The translations under genes and the position numbers were made by a program. From NCBI GenBank assembly GCA_012295275.1, contig CM022665.1, positions 42,222,001 through 42,286,000 on the forward strand: 64,000 nucleotides of DNA. The letters are read 5' to 3'. The stretch is from Chrysomallon squamiferum. Its lineage: Eukaryota > Animalia > Mollusca. Below, one piece after another: positions 42,200-56,296 of the stretch (position 1 is the stretch's first letter; each line of letters starts with the position of its first letter). The notes beneath the pieces were generated by a model. The model was not told the origin of the DNA. It did not search any database and saw only the letters and a list, made by a program, of their open reading frames with translations.

Positions 42200-43651
42200 T
42201 TATTTGCTAATACTAGAGTCTTCCGTCTTGTCATCTTGAGTCCAGATGTCTTGCGTCAGTTTACAACGTGTTGAGTGTCTTTTATAGTGGGCCTCTGAGG
42301 AAAAGCACCGCCCACATCGCACGCAGAGACTTTCTTTTTTGTCACTGTGTTCGCCGTGTCTCGCTTTTATGTGTCTGTTCAAACTCTGCTTGTAGTTCGT
42401 CTTGAAGTCGCATTTGTCGCAGTGAAAACTGGGGTCAAAGTGAGTCCTTTCGTGCTCCTTAACGTGGTGCCTGGCGTAAAAGATTTTATCACAAATGGAG
42501 CACGCGAACGAACGCACGTGCGTCTTCTCGTGACGCCGGAGGTAGTCCGTGCATGGGAATTCTTTCCTGCACATTTTGCACTCGTAGCGTTCCGTTCCGT
42601 GCATGGCGGCGTGGATTCGCCGTCCTTGAGCCGTTCTGGGAGCAATGCCACATATTTTACACTTGGGAAATTTCCCAGTGTGGATACGTTTGTGTTCGAA
42701 CAACTGACTGCGGGCACTAAATCCACTGCCACACGTCTCACAAATGAAGGGATATTTCCCAGAATGCCTTCTCTCGTGCAGACGCAGACCCATCTTCGAC
42801 TGGAACGTTTTGCAACAGTTGTCGTGGTTACAAACATACCCTGACGATTTGGAGTCGGGATCCTTCTTCACCGAGCGTTTTTCTTCAACCAGAATGACGT
42901 CATCGTCAGAAGAGTCGACAAATTCGTCCGGGTCACAGTTGAATTCTTCGTTATCGTCAGTCTCCCAGACCAAACCCTCTTCTCCCGGGCCTAACGCATT
43001 AGTTTCACCCAGTCCGCCCATGACAGGTCTGGGATCATTTTCCAGCTTGATGTTTCCACTCAGGGACAGGTCCTCTCCGCTGACGTAGTTGCTGCTGGAA
43101 TTCGGCTCATCTTTTACTATGTAAGATGTAAATTCCCTTTTAGCTTCCCTAATAATAGACACTTTCGGTCCCTCGATAACGACATGGGAGCCGTTTGACA
43201 AAGGACTCCCGATGCAGTGATCCAGCTGATAGTCACTGGAAGATGGCGTCTCTGATATTGGATCGGTCAAAATGGAGTCTTCGAATCCCGTTCCACCTTG
43301 ATCAAAATTTGGGATTTCATCTAAGGACGGGATAAGAAGGGTTAACTTCGTTTCTTGATCCACTGGTTCCTCTAAAATAAATAAATAAATAAATAAGGAG
43401 AAAGTATATTGATTTAAATTTTAATAATAAATACTTTCTGCTTAGGATACTTCGAAAAACAACAAATACAACAACTAGAACAATAAATAAATAAATAAAT
43501 AAATAAATAATAACAAAAACAACAGCAACAATCTAAGTCAGTTTCTTTTTTCTTTCTTTCTTTTTTCTCCTTGAGTTTATATAAAGAAAAACCTGAACGA
43601 ACTTCTGTTAACAAAACCACAAAACGTGTATTCAGTAAACGAAAACTGTAG

Positions 43652-43726
<75 letters not shown>

Positions 43727-43797
43727 GATAAGAAAAAGAAGAAAGAAAATGATAATAATAATAAATATAAAAACTCCAGAAATACTGTTAATAATAA

Positions 43798-43832
<35 letters not shown>

Positions 43833-44599
43833 AAAAAAATAAATAAATACTAGCTTGCTAGCACATATTACATTTACAAAACGAAAAATAACAGTTACGC
43901 GGAAGTGTATCTAGACCTGAACCTGAACAAACGAAACATTAAATTTATACAGATTTGAAACAAGAACAAAATGACAAAAGCAACGGACTTGAAGATTCCA
44001 CTACATTGTAAATTTCGATATCCTCCCTTTGACTAACTCGGCACTATATACATATATAACGGCTTTCTCATTTGTGTAATAATAAATAAATAAATAAATA
44101 AATAAATATATCAATAAATAAATGAAATGAAGTTCTGATATTTAACAATAATTGTATTCTAATATAAAACATTTAGGGTGTGGCTGTAGACTGAGGTAAT
44201 TTACGTAGTAAAAACTGTATATTTAAAGTTTATTTCATATTTCTCAATTATTTCCCATTTACTACAAAATTTTATTAATTTATTTTACATATATTTTAAT
44301 AAATTAAAATGAAAACATTTCTAAAATTTCACTAAGTCAATCGTAAAGGTGATTTTTTTAAACGTTTGTCAAGCTACGTTGTTTTTATCTAAATATGTCG
44401 TCTGCTATTAACGAAAACCCATTTTACAAACAGCGTAAGCTTTTGTTCAGCGGATTCTATATTTAGAACATTGTCCGTGCTTGTAAATATTGTGTTTCGA
44501 GTACGTTTTCACAGCGTTGGACGCAAAAAATCTATGCTATCTTAATTCAGTCGATGTATTATGTCATCCCTTCTTACCTTTCACAATCTTCATGTCCAT
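42200..44599 (-). CDS. C2H2 zinc-finger protein (6 C2H2 + 1 C2HC fingers, acidic N-terminus), ~397 aa
   Basis: Main exon 42200-43371 (acceptor TTTTAG, phase 1) joins a 22-nt first coding exon 44578-44599 (donor GTAAG) to give MDMKIVKEEPVDQETK... Example fingers: FICETCGSGFSARSQLFEHKRIHTG, FACSICDKIFYARHHVKEHERTH. The start exon is less certain than the main exon. Confidence 0.9.
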
Positions 44600-44888
44600 T
44601 TTGGGTCAAAAAACACGAAAATTCAAGTCTCAAAGTACGGATAGCTGAAAAAAACTGCATGACCTACATTCAGAAAATTGAAGTGCGCAGTTCAAAGCGT
44701 GCGTGGTCGACAGTGTTGAAGAGAAGAAATCGCTGTTTCAGTAGTGGCTGGCATTTTGCCAAGGGTTTCTTCACTAATTTATTATTATAGGAAAAATAGC
44801 TTGCGGTAATTTAAATCGTAATACTGGAAAATTATTTAAGAAATTTTCAGTTTTTGATATCTGGGAAAAAATTTCTAATAAAGACTTG

Positions 44889-44933
<45 letters not shown>

Positions 44934-44967
44934 GGGGGGGGTGCTATTTCAATTTATTTTAATAACT

Positions 44968-45015
<48 letters not shown>

Positions 45016-45076
45016 TTTCCGAGTAAGGGCTAACATCATTTTAAATCTTAAAAAAGGAACAACAACAACAACAACA

Positions 45077-45107
<31 letters not shown>

Positions 45108-45470
45108 GGAAATCTGTAACTTGAAGTTGTAACTTAACGTTTTCCAACAACCAAAAAAAAAAAAAATTCAGTAATTAACTTTTGCTATGCGAATAAAATG
45201 GGATATTCTCAAGACAGGTTTGTACTTAAAAAGTTTCCAAAAATGTCTCCCTCCTGTACAAATGTTTGACCCGACCCTACTAATCAATACAGTAGTCTGT
45301 GTACTAATCAATGTCTGTGCCAACTTGTTTCACTACTGAATTAAAACTTCTATGGATTCCTTGTAGTTGACACACCCAAGGGAGGTCACTAATGGGTGTG
45401 TATTCCCCTTAATCAGTGTGAATTACTCCACTATTTTTCTTCGTCAAACAGATAATTTAACGTTTTGTGT

Positions 45471-45570
<100 letters not shown>

Positions 45571-45973
45571 TTACATGTGAATAAGAAATACATACGAACA
45601 GTACCTTTCTATCTTCTTTATTCTGCTTTTTATTTATTTAATAATAATAATAATTATTATTATTATTATTTGCTTGTTTGTTTACCTCCTGATTTAAAAA
45701 TCTTGTTTTTGTTTTACTTATTTATTTATTTATTTTATTTTATTTTACTCTTTTTTTAAATGTATTTACTTATTATTATTTTGTTTGTTTGTTTGTTTGT
45801 TTATTATTTTTATTTAATTTTGTTAAATTTATACTTTTACTTTTTTCAAAATTACTTAATTTAATAGGGTATATGTTTATCGAATCTTTGACAATATATT
45901 TTAATATATGAAATTGCAGAAAATAATTTAAACAAACAATGACAATAAAATTCATATAAAAACATTTTTTCTT

Positions 45974-46016
<43 letters not shown>

Positions 46017-46076
46017 TTTTAATCCCGTCCTCTTCGCCATTGATGACTGAGTCTTTAAAGGTTTTTTCTCTCCATT

Positions 46077-46115
<39 letters not shown>

Positions 46116-46845
46116 AAGTGAATAAAATACATACGAACAATACCTTTATTTCTATTTCTGTCTCCTTTATTCTGCTTATCGTTTATTTATTTATTAATTA
46201 ATTTATTTATTTATTATTAAACTTTTTAAATTTATACATCTACTTTTTCAAAATTACTTTCTTTAATTGGCGATATGTTTATCGAATCTTTCAAAATATA
46301 TTTTAGTATGAAACTGCAGAAAATAATTTAGATAAACAATGCCAATAATGTCCAATTTAAACATCTTTTTTCTTTTTTTTTCTTTCTTTCTTTCTTTCTT
46401 TATTTATTTATTGTATTCGCCGCGTCATGTTCACAGTTCCATTGATGACTGAGTCTTTAAAGGATTTTTCTCTCCCTCCCTCCCCCTGTCTCCCTTTCCC
46501 CCTCTCTCTCGACTGGATTGTTCCAGTATTACCTAACAGAAGTGATAAGATAGATAATATACATATGTTACTCTCAAAGTTTATGCTGAAAGCATGTGTG
46601 TTTAAGAAAGTTCAAGCTGAAAGCATTAAAACTTCGGATCCACCCGTGACATAATTATATTGAACAAGAGTGACAATAGATTCTCAAACCGTTAAGATAA
46701 AGTTTACCGTTTAATTAACAAGACACCAAACAAAAAATATAAATTTTCTATTGAAATACACACATTTCTGTTACATAACAATGAAAAAAAATAATAAAAA
46801 ATGTACGGACGGAATAGTTAATTAATAGTAATTAATTAGTTAGTT

Positions 46846-46913
<68 letters not shown>

Positions 46914-47028
46914 GAAAAGAAAAATTAAAAAATTAAATCAGAGTTAAAATGTCATAATTTTTTGTTTTTTTTTTTTTTTTTTTTATAAAATGTTTTTTTC
47001 TGATTGTTGTGTATTCTTTACTTCTTTG

Positions 47029-47087
<59 letters not shown>

Positions 47088-47118
47088 CGAAAGTCTCCAA
47101 ACTGCACTATAAACTATT

Positions 47119-48334
47119 TTACACTGGGCCCACGGCTGATGTCGATGAAACGGCCATGTCGATAACAAGTAGAGTTCCGCTATGGAAGAACATCAGGCCG
47201 CCGATAATGGCGAAAGCCAGAGCCCACGAAAACGGTCCAGTGTTGTTATGTGTAAACGTTATCACACACAGAATAACAAACGCCGCTGTTAAAACAAAAC
47301 AAATTAATAATAAAATAAAATAAATAAATAAATAATAAATAAATAAATAAATAAACAAGGTTGAAGTAGTGTTAGTACTAATATTTTTTTCAAATATCCA
47401 GTCTCTATAAATAGCATAATTACTACTATTGTTATGATTAACTACTTCTGTTATTACTACTACTACTACTACAACTAATACAACAACACAGTGACATTAA
47501 TTATTATTAATATTATTATTATTATAACACCAGCGTATTCATATGTAAAAACACAGACACAAACATAAACATAAACATAAACATAAACATATATACATAC
47601 ATACATACATACATACATGCATACATACATTGTATTTACATATGTACATGGAAGCAAACAAATAAATATGTAATTTGATTTAAAAAATTGTACAAATGAA
47701 ATATAAATATTAGAGAATTACCTCAAATTATAAAATAATATAATTACAAATTAAAATATGATACTGAGAAATGATACTTTTATTTACACAATAATCTCAA
47801 CAATGTTTTACCTGTTTATTTATTATTATTATTATTATAATTATTTACACAGTAAACTCAACAGTGTTTTACCTGTGATATACGCAAATGAGATGGCTGC
47901 AGCGCGGATCGAACTTGATCTCGTGGATGCGCAGACAAACAGACAGGACAGAGTCAGATACACAACATCGAGAGGAATCCGAGAATTCCAAATGCTTGTG
48001 CAGCCTTAAAAGAATCTGAATCTGAAATAAATAAACAAATAAATAAATATATATATATATAAACACATACACACACAGACGCACAGATACACACACACAC
48101 ACATGCACACACAGAGAAGAGAGAGAGATAAATTGATAAATTAAATATTATATACATATACGCTTCTTTAATAAACATCTAAAGAAAATTAGGACTAAAA
48201 ATATTCGTATTTCCAGTTTTAACATGATCAGACAAATCATTACAGCCTCAGTATTCAAATGACCATAATTCATCAACCTACTGTCAAATTTGCTGAAATG
48301 GATGTTTCTAGAAAAGTACATTTACTACTATTTA

Positions 48335-48383
<49 letters not shown>

Positions 48384-49226
48384 GTTGTTGTTGTTGTTGT
48401 TGTTTTTATTGTTTTTATTGTTAATTATTATTATTATTTTTTACATAGAGCTAATCTGAATAATGATGACCCTTTGACCTTTACTTTGACTTTGTGGATC
48501 ATGTGGCCTTGAAATGACCTTTCAGCTCTGCGTGTTTTCTACAAATTAATCGGAGTTAATTTACGTTTCTTTGTCCTCTAAAAATCTGCAGCCTGAGGAT
48601 TTAAAGTGAAAATTCATTCCTGAAACACGGATTATGCAAGAACCCATTGATGAATTACTGTGTCTGTTCTGATGATAATGAAAGAAAGTCCAATGCAAAA
48701 ATAATGATCTGGGCTCCAGGATCTCATTGATTATTTCAGTCCGATTACAAACTCAAATGTTATTTATATAAATATACAGATTTCAATTCTTTTCTTTTTT
48801 TTAATATATATATTTTTGATTATTTAAAAAAAATATATATAGCTGGTGCTACTACTACTTCTACTAATACTACTACTACTACTACTACTAATACTAATAC
48901 TATTTCTTTAACAATCGTAAACTGACAAAACATTATTATAATGATTATTTTGATTATTTATTTATTTTATTTTATTTTATTTTATTATTATTATTTTTTT
49001 ACTTACTGGAATCGTGAACATTACTGTCGCAAGTGCCGTCCCGGCAACTCTGGAACAGACCTGAATTGATATCAACCGTTGTTGGTGGTAAACCTGCTCC
49101 TGTTGAACCTAGTCCTATTTTGAAGTTCCAGTAGGGACTAGCAAAACCCACCAGATATGTCACTGAAGCGAAGAAACAGAAATAATTAGAAACTTTCGAC
49201 AGCAAGGACGCATCAGAGAAACCCAT
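47119..49226 (-). pseudogene. Claudin/PMP22/EMP-like tetraspan gene, copy A, with a 1-nt frameshift in exon 2
   Basis: Exons 49007-49226, 47873-48021 (149 nt versus 150 in copy B), 47119-47285. A missing base at 47967/47968 gives ...GFLSMLCI-stop. An assembly error cannot be excluded. Confidence 0.7.
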
Positions 49227-49312
49227 CTTACCGATCTGTTGTTGCTGAAAACGACGACAACGTCAGTTCTGCTGCTACCCGAAATGTGACCAAGACGTGT
49301 CTGTAATACGAG

Positions 49313-49319
49313 ATTTATA
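49313..49319 (-). promoter_or_regulatory. TATA box of claudin-like copy A
   Basis: TATAAAT ~87 nt upstream of the ATG; identical in copy B. Confidence 0.5.
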
Positions 49320-49679
49320 GTTGATGGGTAAATAGTTACAGAAAAAACAAACTTTTGTTATGTAGCAACATTTCTCCACTTCAGTGGACTTGGACTTTTG
49401 TCGCACCCTTAAAAATGTTCAATTACAAATGGTATAAATATGTCAATTTAAAAACGGGTCCTTTTCGCGATAAACTCGAGTGTGTCTGGACTTTTCCATT
49501 ACAAAATTCATAACCAGTTCAGTACTTTTCTTAGTTCAGATACACAGGCTTATCGTTCAGTGATTTATGTGACTAATGCTTAAACATTTCTGAAAACGTC
49601 TCTTAAAAGAATAAAGTTCAGTAACATAACTACTTACTTTTACTTTAATAAAAATAAACTATGAATCTAGATTAATCAA

Positions 49680-49754
<75 letters not shown>

Positions 49755-49885
49755 TTACAGAAACAGCTAAATACGTTCCCTGTGATTATTATAGTTTTAA
49801 ATAAAAAACACGTTGAAGACTTTATCATAACAACCAAGGATTTACCCACAATATTCCGTACGCATATAGTAAAATTACGAATATG

Positions 49886-49924
<39 letters not shown>

Positions 49925-49957
49925 ACTCTAAATTGCATCAGTCTGTCTGTCACTGTT

Positions 49958-50026
49958 TCTCGTGGAACCCATAGCGACCCCTGGCGGAATCCTCGTGTTC
50001 CGGGGAACCCCGGTTTGGAAACACTA
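49958..50026. mobile_element. Terminal remnant of a non-autonomous hAT (Charlie-like) element
   Basis: GGAACCC subterminal repeats ending GGTTTGGAAACACTA, followed by GTCTAGTC, which resembles the NTCTAGAN target of Charlie-type hATs. The other end was not found. Confidence 0.4.
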
Positions 50027-50769
50027 GTCTAGTCAGACTTGTAACAGAATATTCATTCCTAAATACCTACACAAATATATACAAATTGCATACATACGTA
50101 ATCAGACATGTATAATACGACAGAATATGCACATTTTTTTTGTTTTGTTTAGTTATCCCTTGTGGGGCGGATGTATCGTCTATCGACAACCCACGCAGTT
50201 TTGAGAGGTCGTTGTTGAGAGGTTGGGACTTTGACCCGTTCTGTCAGCGCATTCCCAGTCTACGTGCAGAATCTAATCAAAACACAGAGCATATTAATTC
50301 TTAAATACACAGATGTATGTACGGACATACGTATGAATGTAGGTTAGGACGAATTTTATTTCAATTAAGTTGTATATCTGTTTTTAAAGTATTTTTGAAG
50401 TAATTTTAAAGTGTGTGTATATGTGTGGACGTATATGTATATGTGTATATACGTCAGTGTATATATGTTTGTACGTCTATGTATGTGTGTATGTATGAAT
50501 GTCTATGTCTGTTTGTATGTATGTGTGTACGTGTGTGTGTGTGTGTGTGTGTTTGTGAGTCTATAAACATTTGTGGTATGTTTTCAAGGTGAAAGGTTTT
50601 ACAGTGACTAAGCACTGACTTTGTCCAAAAGGAAGTAACTATGTGTTACAACTTGGTCAGTAAATACGAGATATGGGTTGCAATGTCTAACTGTCTTAGT
50701 GTTTATCTGTTAAAAGTGTAAGGACAAAACAGATCTCTGTTCATTCGTTCCTATCCATGAACACAGTAC

Positions 50770-50855
<86 letters not shown>

Positions 50856-51125
50856 GATTTATTATGTGATCAGGTAATTGTTTAGGCAGTCTATTTCCGT
50901 TTCATTACTGTGTTTATAACGAAGAAATATACAATATATTTAGATAATGTATGCAAATCGTTCTAGAAAATTGTTCTCAGGATGATTAACTAGTTTAAGT
51001 TAAGAATTCTGGTCTCTATTTGAATTATCTCCCTTAGACTAGAAAGATTAATTTCGACACCTGAAAATTAAACTGAGAGAAAACTAATGTCAAATAGTAT
51101 TCATTCATTTAAGCTTTAATGTTTC

Positions 51126-51160
<35 letters not shown>

Positions 51161-51856
51161 CAACAACGACATTATAATTTACAGAATGATTTCTGTTTAA
51201 AATGTAACAATATTCGTGTGTGTATAATTTCCATTATTTATTTGTTAGTTTGTTTGTTTGTTTGTTTCTTTAATCTAAGTCCATCAGTTTTATTACGTGA
51301 CGTCCGTTTCGTAACTTTCTTTTTCTTTTTTTTTAAACGTAAATTCTTTCCATTTCAAAACACAAATCTTCCTTTTCTGATCATTATAACTTATCTACAA
51401 ATGAAAACAAGCAAATATTGCTGATTACCTTTTACTGGTATAGTAAAGTTGTTCTCAAACAATAGTACTATAATAATAATATGAAATCTGTAACTTGAAG
51501 TTTTAACTTAACGTTTTCAAACAACCAAACATGTTATTTAAAAAATGGCGTAATTAACTTCAGTAATTAACTTTTGCTAATGGGATATTCTCCATACAGG
51601 TTTGTACTTAAAAAGTTTCCAAAAATGTCTCCCTCCTGTACAAATGTTTGACCCGACCCTACTAATCAATACAGTAGTCTGTGTACTAATCAATGTCTGT
51701 GCCAACTTGTTTCACTACTGAATTAAAACTTCTATGGATTCCTTGTAGTTGACACACCCAAGGGAGGTCACTAATGGGTGTGTATTCCCCTTAATCAGTG
51801 TGAATTATTCCACTGTTTTTCTTCGTCAAACAGATAATTTAACGTTTTGTGTGAAA

Positions 51857-51928
<72 letters not shown>

Positions 51929-52345
51929 AGATGTGAATAGGAAATACATACGAACAGTATCTTTGTTTCTATCTTCTTTATTCTGTTAATTATTTATTTA
52001 TTTAATTTAATTTGATTTTACTTTTTTTTTAAATGTATTTACTTATTATTATTTTTGTTCTTTGTTTATTTGTTTATTTATTATTTTTATTTTTTTTTTT
52101 CATTTTTTTAAATTTATACATTTATTTTTTTCAAAATTACTTAATTTAATAGGGTGTATGTTTATCGAATCTTTGACAATATATTTTAATATATGAAATT
52201 GCAGAAAATAATTTAGACAAACAATGCCAATAATATTCAATTAAAACATTTTTTTCTTTTATTTATTTATTTATTTATTTATTTATTTTAATCCCGTCCT
52301 ACTCGCCATTGATGACTGAGTCTTTAAAGGTTTTTTCTCTCCATT

Positions 52346-52406
<61 letters not shown>

Positions 52407-52792
52407 AGACTGGATTGTTCCAGTATTACCTAACAGAAGTGATAAGATAGATAATATACATATATAACTGCAAAGTGTGTAACAAATAAGAAGAAATGTG
52501 TATGTTCTTGTGTGCGCATGTGTGTGTTTCTGTGTGTGAAGAAAGTTTATGCTGAAAGCATTAAAACTTCGGATCCACGCGTGACATAATTACATTGAAC
52601 AAGAGTGACAACAGATTCACAAACCGTTAAGATAAAGTTTACCGTTTAATAAACCAGAAACCAAACAAAAAATATAAATTTTCTATTGAAATACACACAT
52701 TTCTGTTGCATAACAACGAAAAAAAAAAAAAAATATATATATATATATGGACGGAATAGATAATTAATAGTAATTAGTTAGTTAGTTAGTTA

Positions 52793-52852
<60 letters not shown>

Positions 52853-52971
52853 GAAAAAAAAGAAAAGAAAAGTTAAAAAATTGTCAGTTAAAATGTTTTA
52901 ATTTTTTCTTTTTTGTTTTGTTTATAAAATGGGGTTTTCTGATAGTCGTGTACTCTTTATTTCTTTGTTTA

Positions 52972-53023
<52 letters not shown>

Positions 53024-53059
53024 TTACTCGAAAGTCTCCAAACTGCACTATAAACTATT

Positions 53060-54698
53060 TTACACTGGGCCCACGGCTGATGTCGATGAAACGGCCATGT
53101 CGATAACAAGTAGAGTTCCACTATGGAAGAACATCAGGCCGCCGATAATGGAGAAAGCGAGAGCCCACGAAAACGGTCCAGTGTTGTTATGTGTAAACGT
53201 TATCACACACAGAATAACAAACGCCGCTGTTAAAACAAAACAAATTAATTATAAAATAAAATTAAATAATAAATAAATAAATAAATAAATAAATAAACAA
53301 GGTTGAAGTAGTGTTAGTACTAATATTTTTTACAAATACCCAGTCACTATAAATAGCATAATTACTACTATTCCTATGATTAACTACTTCTGTTATTACT
53401 ACTACTACTACTGTTACTACTACTACTACTACTACGCAGTGACATTAATTATTATTAATATGATTATTATAACGTCAGCGTATACGTATGTATTAACACA
53501 TACATACATATATTGTATTTATATATGTACATGCAAGCAAACATTAAATATGATATTTGATTTAAAAATATGTACAAATGAAAATAAAAACAAATAAATT
53601 ATCAAATAATATAATTTTAAAATATGATACTGAGAAATGAACTTTTTATTTAAATAATCAACAGAGATTTTTTACCTGTTTATTTATTTATTATTATTAT
53701 TATAAAAATTTACAAAAATAAGTGTTTTTTACCTGTTTATTATTATTATTATTATTATAATTATTTACACAGTAATCTCAACAGTGTTTTACCTGTTTAT
53801 TTATTTTATTATTATTATAATTATTTTAAACTCAACAGTGTTTTACCTGTTTATTTATTTATTATTATTATCTCAACAGTGTTTTACCTGTTTATTTATT
53901 TATTATTATTATTTAATTATTTTAAACTCAACAGTGTTTTACCTGTTTATTTATTTATTATTATTATTATAATTATTTACACAGTAATCTCAACAGTGTT
54001 TTACCTGTTTATTTATTTATTATTATTATTATAATTATTTACACAATAATCTCAACAGTGTTTTACCTGTTTATTTATTTATTATTATTATTATAATTAT
54101 TTACACAATAAACTCAACAGTGTTTTACCTGTGATATATGCAAATGAGATGGTGGCAGCACGGATCGAACTTGATCTCATGGATGCGCAGACAAACAGAC
54201 AGGACAGAGTCAGATACACAACACTCGAGAGGAATCCGAGAATTCCAAACGCTTGTGCAGCCTTGATAGAATCTGGATCTGAAATAAATAAACAAATAAA
54301 TAAGTAAATATATATATATATAAAAACACACACACACACACACACACAAACACACAGACGCACAGACATACACACACATAAGTAAGTAAATAAATATATA
54401 TATATATATATATATATACATAAACACACAGAGACGCACAGATACACAAACACATAGAGAGAGAGAGAGAGAGAGAGATAAACTAAATGTTGCTTGTATA
54501 AATATATTTAAGTTATGTATATACACGCTTCTTTAATAAACATTTAAGAAAATTAGGGCTGAAAATACTCGTATTTCAAGTTTTAACATGATTATTCAAA
54601 TGGTTACAGCCTCAGTATTCAAATGACCAAAATTCATCAACCTATTGTCAAATTTGCTGAAATGGATGTTTGTAGAAAAGTAAATTTACTACTATTTA

Positions 54699-54732
<34 letters not shown>

Positions 54733-55586
54733 TTATTTTATTAATTAAATTATTTTTTATTTATTAATTATTATTTATTATTATTAATAATTTTTTTTTT
54801 TTTTTTTTTTTTCATAGAGCTAATCTGAATAGTGATGACCCTTTGACCTTTACTTTGACTTTGTGGATAATGTGGCCTTGAAATGACCTTGCATGAAAAA
54901 TTCAGCTCTGCGTGTTTCTACAAAATAATCGAATTTACGCCTGTAAAAATCTGCAGCCTGAGGATTTAAAACGAAAACCCATTATGCAAGAACCCCTTGA
55001 TGAATTACTGTGTCTGTTCAGGTGATAGGAAAGAAAGTCCAGTGCAGTAATAATTATCTGGTCTCCAGGATCTCATTGATTATTCAGTCAGATTACAAAC
55101 TTTTTATTTTAAATATTTTTCAATTTTTATTTATTTTATATATATTTTGTTTGATTATTATTTTTTTAAATATATAACTGGTGCTACTACTCTATTTCTT
55201 TAATAATCGTAAACTGACAAAACATTATTATAATGATTATTTTCATTATTTATTTATTTTATTTTATTTTATTTTTATTTTTATTTTTATTTTTATTTTT
55301 ATTTTTATTTTTATTTTTATTTTTATTTTTATTTATTTATTTTCTTCTTCTTTTTTTTATTTTTTTACTTACTGGAATCGTCAAAAATACTGCCGCAAGT
55401 GCCGTCTACACAACTCTGGAACAGACCTGAATTGACATCAACCGTTGTTGTACCTGTTCCTGTTGGACTTGTTATTGTTTTGAAGTTCCAGTAGGGACTA
55501 GCAAAACCCACCAGATATGCCACTGAAGCGAAGAAACAGAAATAATTAGAAACTTTCGACAGCAAGGACGCATCAGAGAAACCCAT
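53060..55586 (-). CDS. Claudin/PMP22/EMP/MP20-superfamily tetraspan membrane protein, copy B (intact, 176 aa)
   Basis: Exons 55373-55586, 54129-54278, 53060-53226 (531 nt). Four hydrophobic segments; SPYW...GLFQSC-x4-C signature in loop 1; AAQAF before TM2; FSWALA before TM4; C-terminus AVGPV. Confidence 0.88.
53655..54128. repeat. Minisatellite built from the exon-2 splice donor of claudin-like copy B
   Basis: Nine TTTTACCTGT cores (minus strand ACAG|GTAAAA) including the true donor, in units of about 45-62 bp. Confidence 0.9.
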
Positions 55587-55672
55587 CTTACCGATCTGTT
55601 GTTGCTGAAGACGACGACAACGTCAGTTCTGCTGCTACCCGAAATGTGACCAAGACGTGTCTGTAATACGAG

Positions 55673-55679
55673 ATTTATA
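55673..55679 (-). promoter_or_regulatory. TATA box of claudin-like copy B
   Basis: TATAAAT ~87 nt upstream of the ATG at 55586. Confidence 0.5.
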
Positions 55680-55913
55680 GTTGATGGGTATATAGTTACA
55701 GAAAAAACAAACTTTTGTTATGTAGCAACATTTATCTACTTCAGTGGACTTTGACTTTTATGGCACCCTCAAAAATTTTCAATTACAAATTGTCAGTTTA
55801 AGGTATAAACTCGAGTGTTTCTGGACTTTTCCATTAGAAAATTTATAACCAGTTCAGTACTTTTCTTAGTTCAGATACACAGGCTTATCATTCAGTGATT
55901 TATGTGACTAAAT

Positions 55914-55984
<71 letters not shown>

Positions 55985-56204
55985 CTCTGTCTTCTAATAC
56001 TAGTCTTTCTGAAAACATCTCTTAAAAAAATAAAGTTCACTAACATAACTACTAGCTTTTACTTTAATATAAATAAACCATAAATTTAGATTAATCAAAA
56101 GCTCTAAATAAATAAATAAATAAACCAAAACGCCAACTGCATCTACAACAAGAATGTATATAATAATGTTGATATATTAAGAAATCGTTTTACAGTATAT
56201 GATT

Positions 56205-56296
<92 letters not shown>

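Noticed and set aside
42347-43088. Overlapping 114-165-aa ORFs within the zinc-finger exon
   Set aside because: Shadow frames typical of repetitive, GC-rich C2H2 coding sequence.
43655-43723. Long poly(A) run as a retrocopy tail
   Set aside because: No retroposed body or target-site duplication seen; long homopolymers are common throughout the window.
45370-45401. 9-bp stem hairpin ACACACCCA/TGGGTGTGT (repeated at ~51752)
   Set aside because: Short, partly low-complexity, and duplicated passively with the unit; no recognisable RNA family.
48467-48480. DR2-type nuclear-receptor element TGACCCTTTGACCT (also 54836-54849) and nearby C/D-box-like words
   Set aside because: Shared only because of the recent duplication. 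The C/D-like words are antisense to the host gene and lack a terminal stem.
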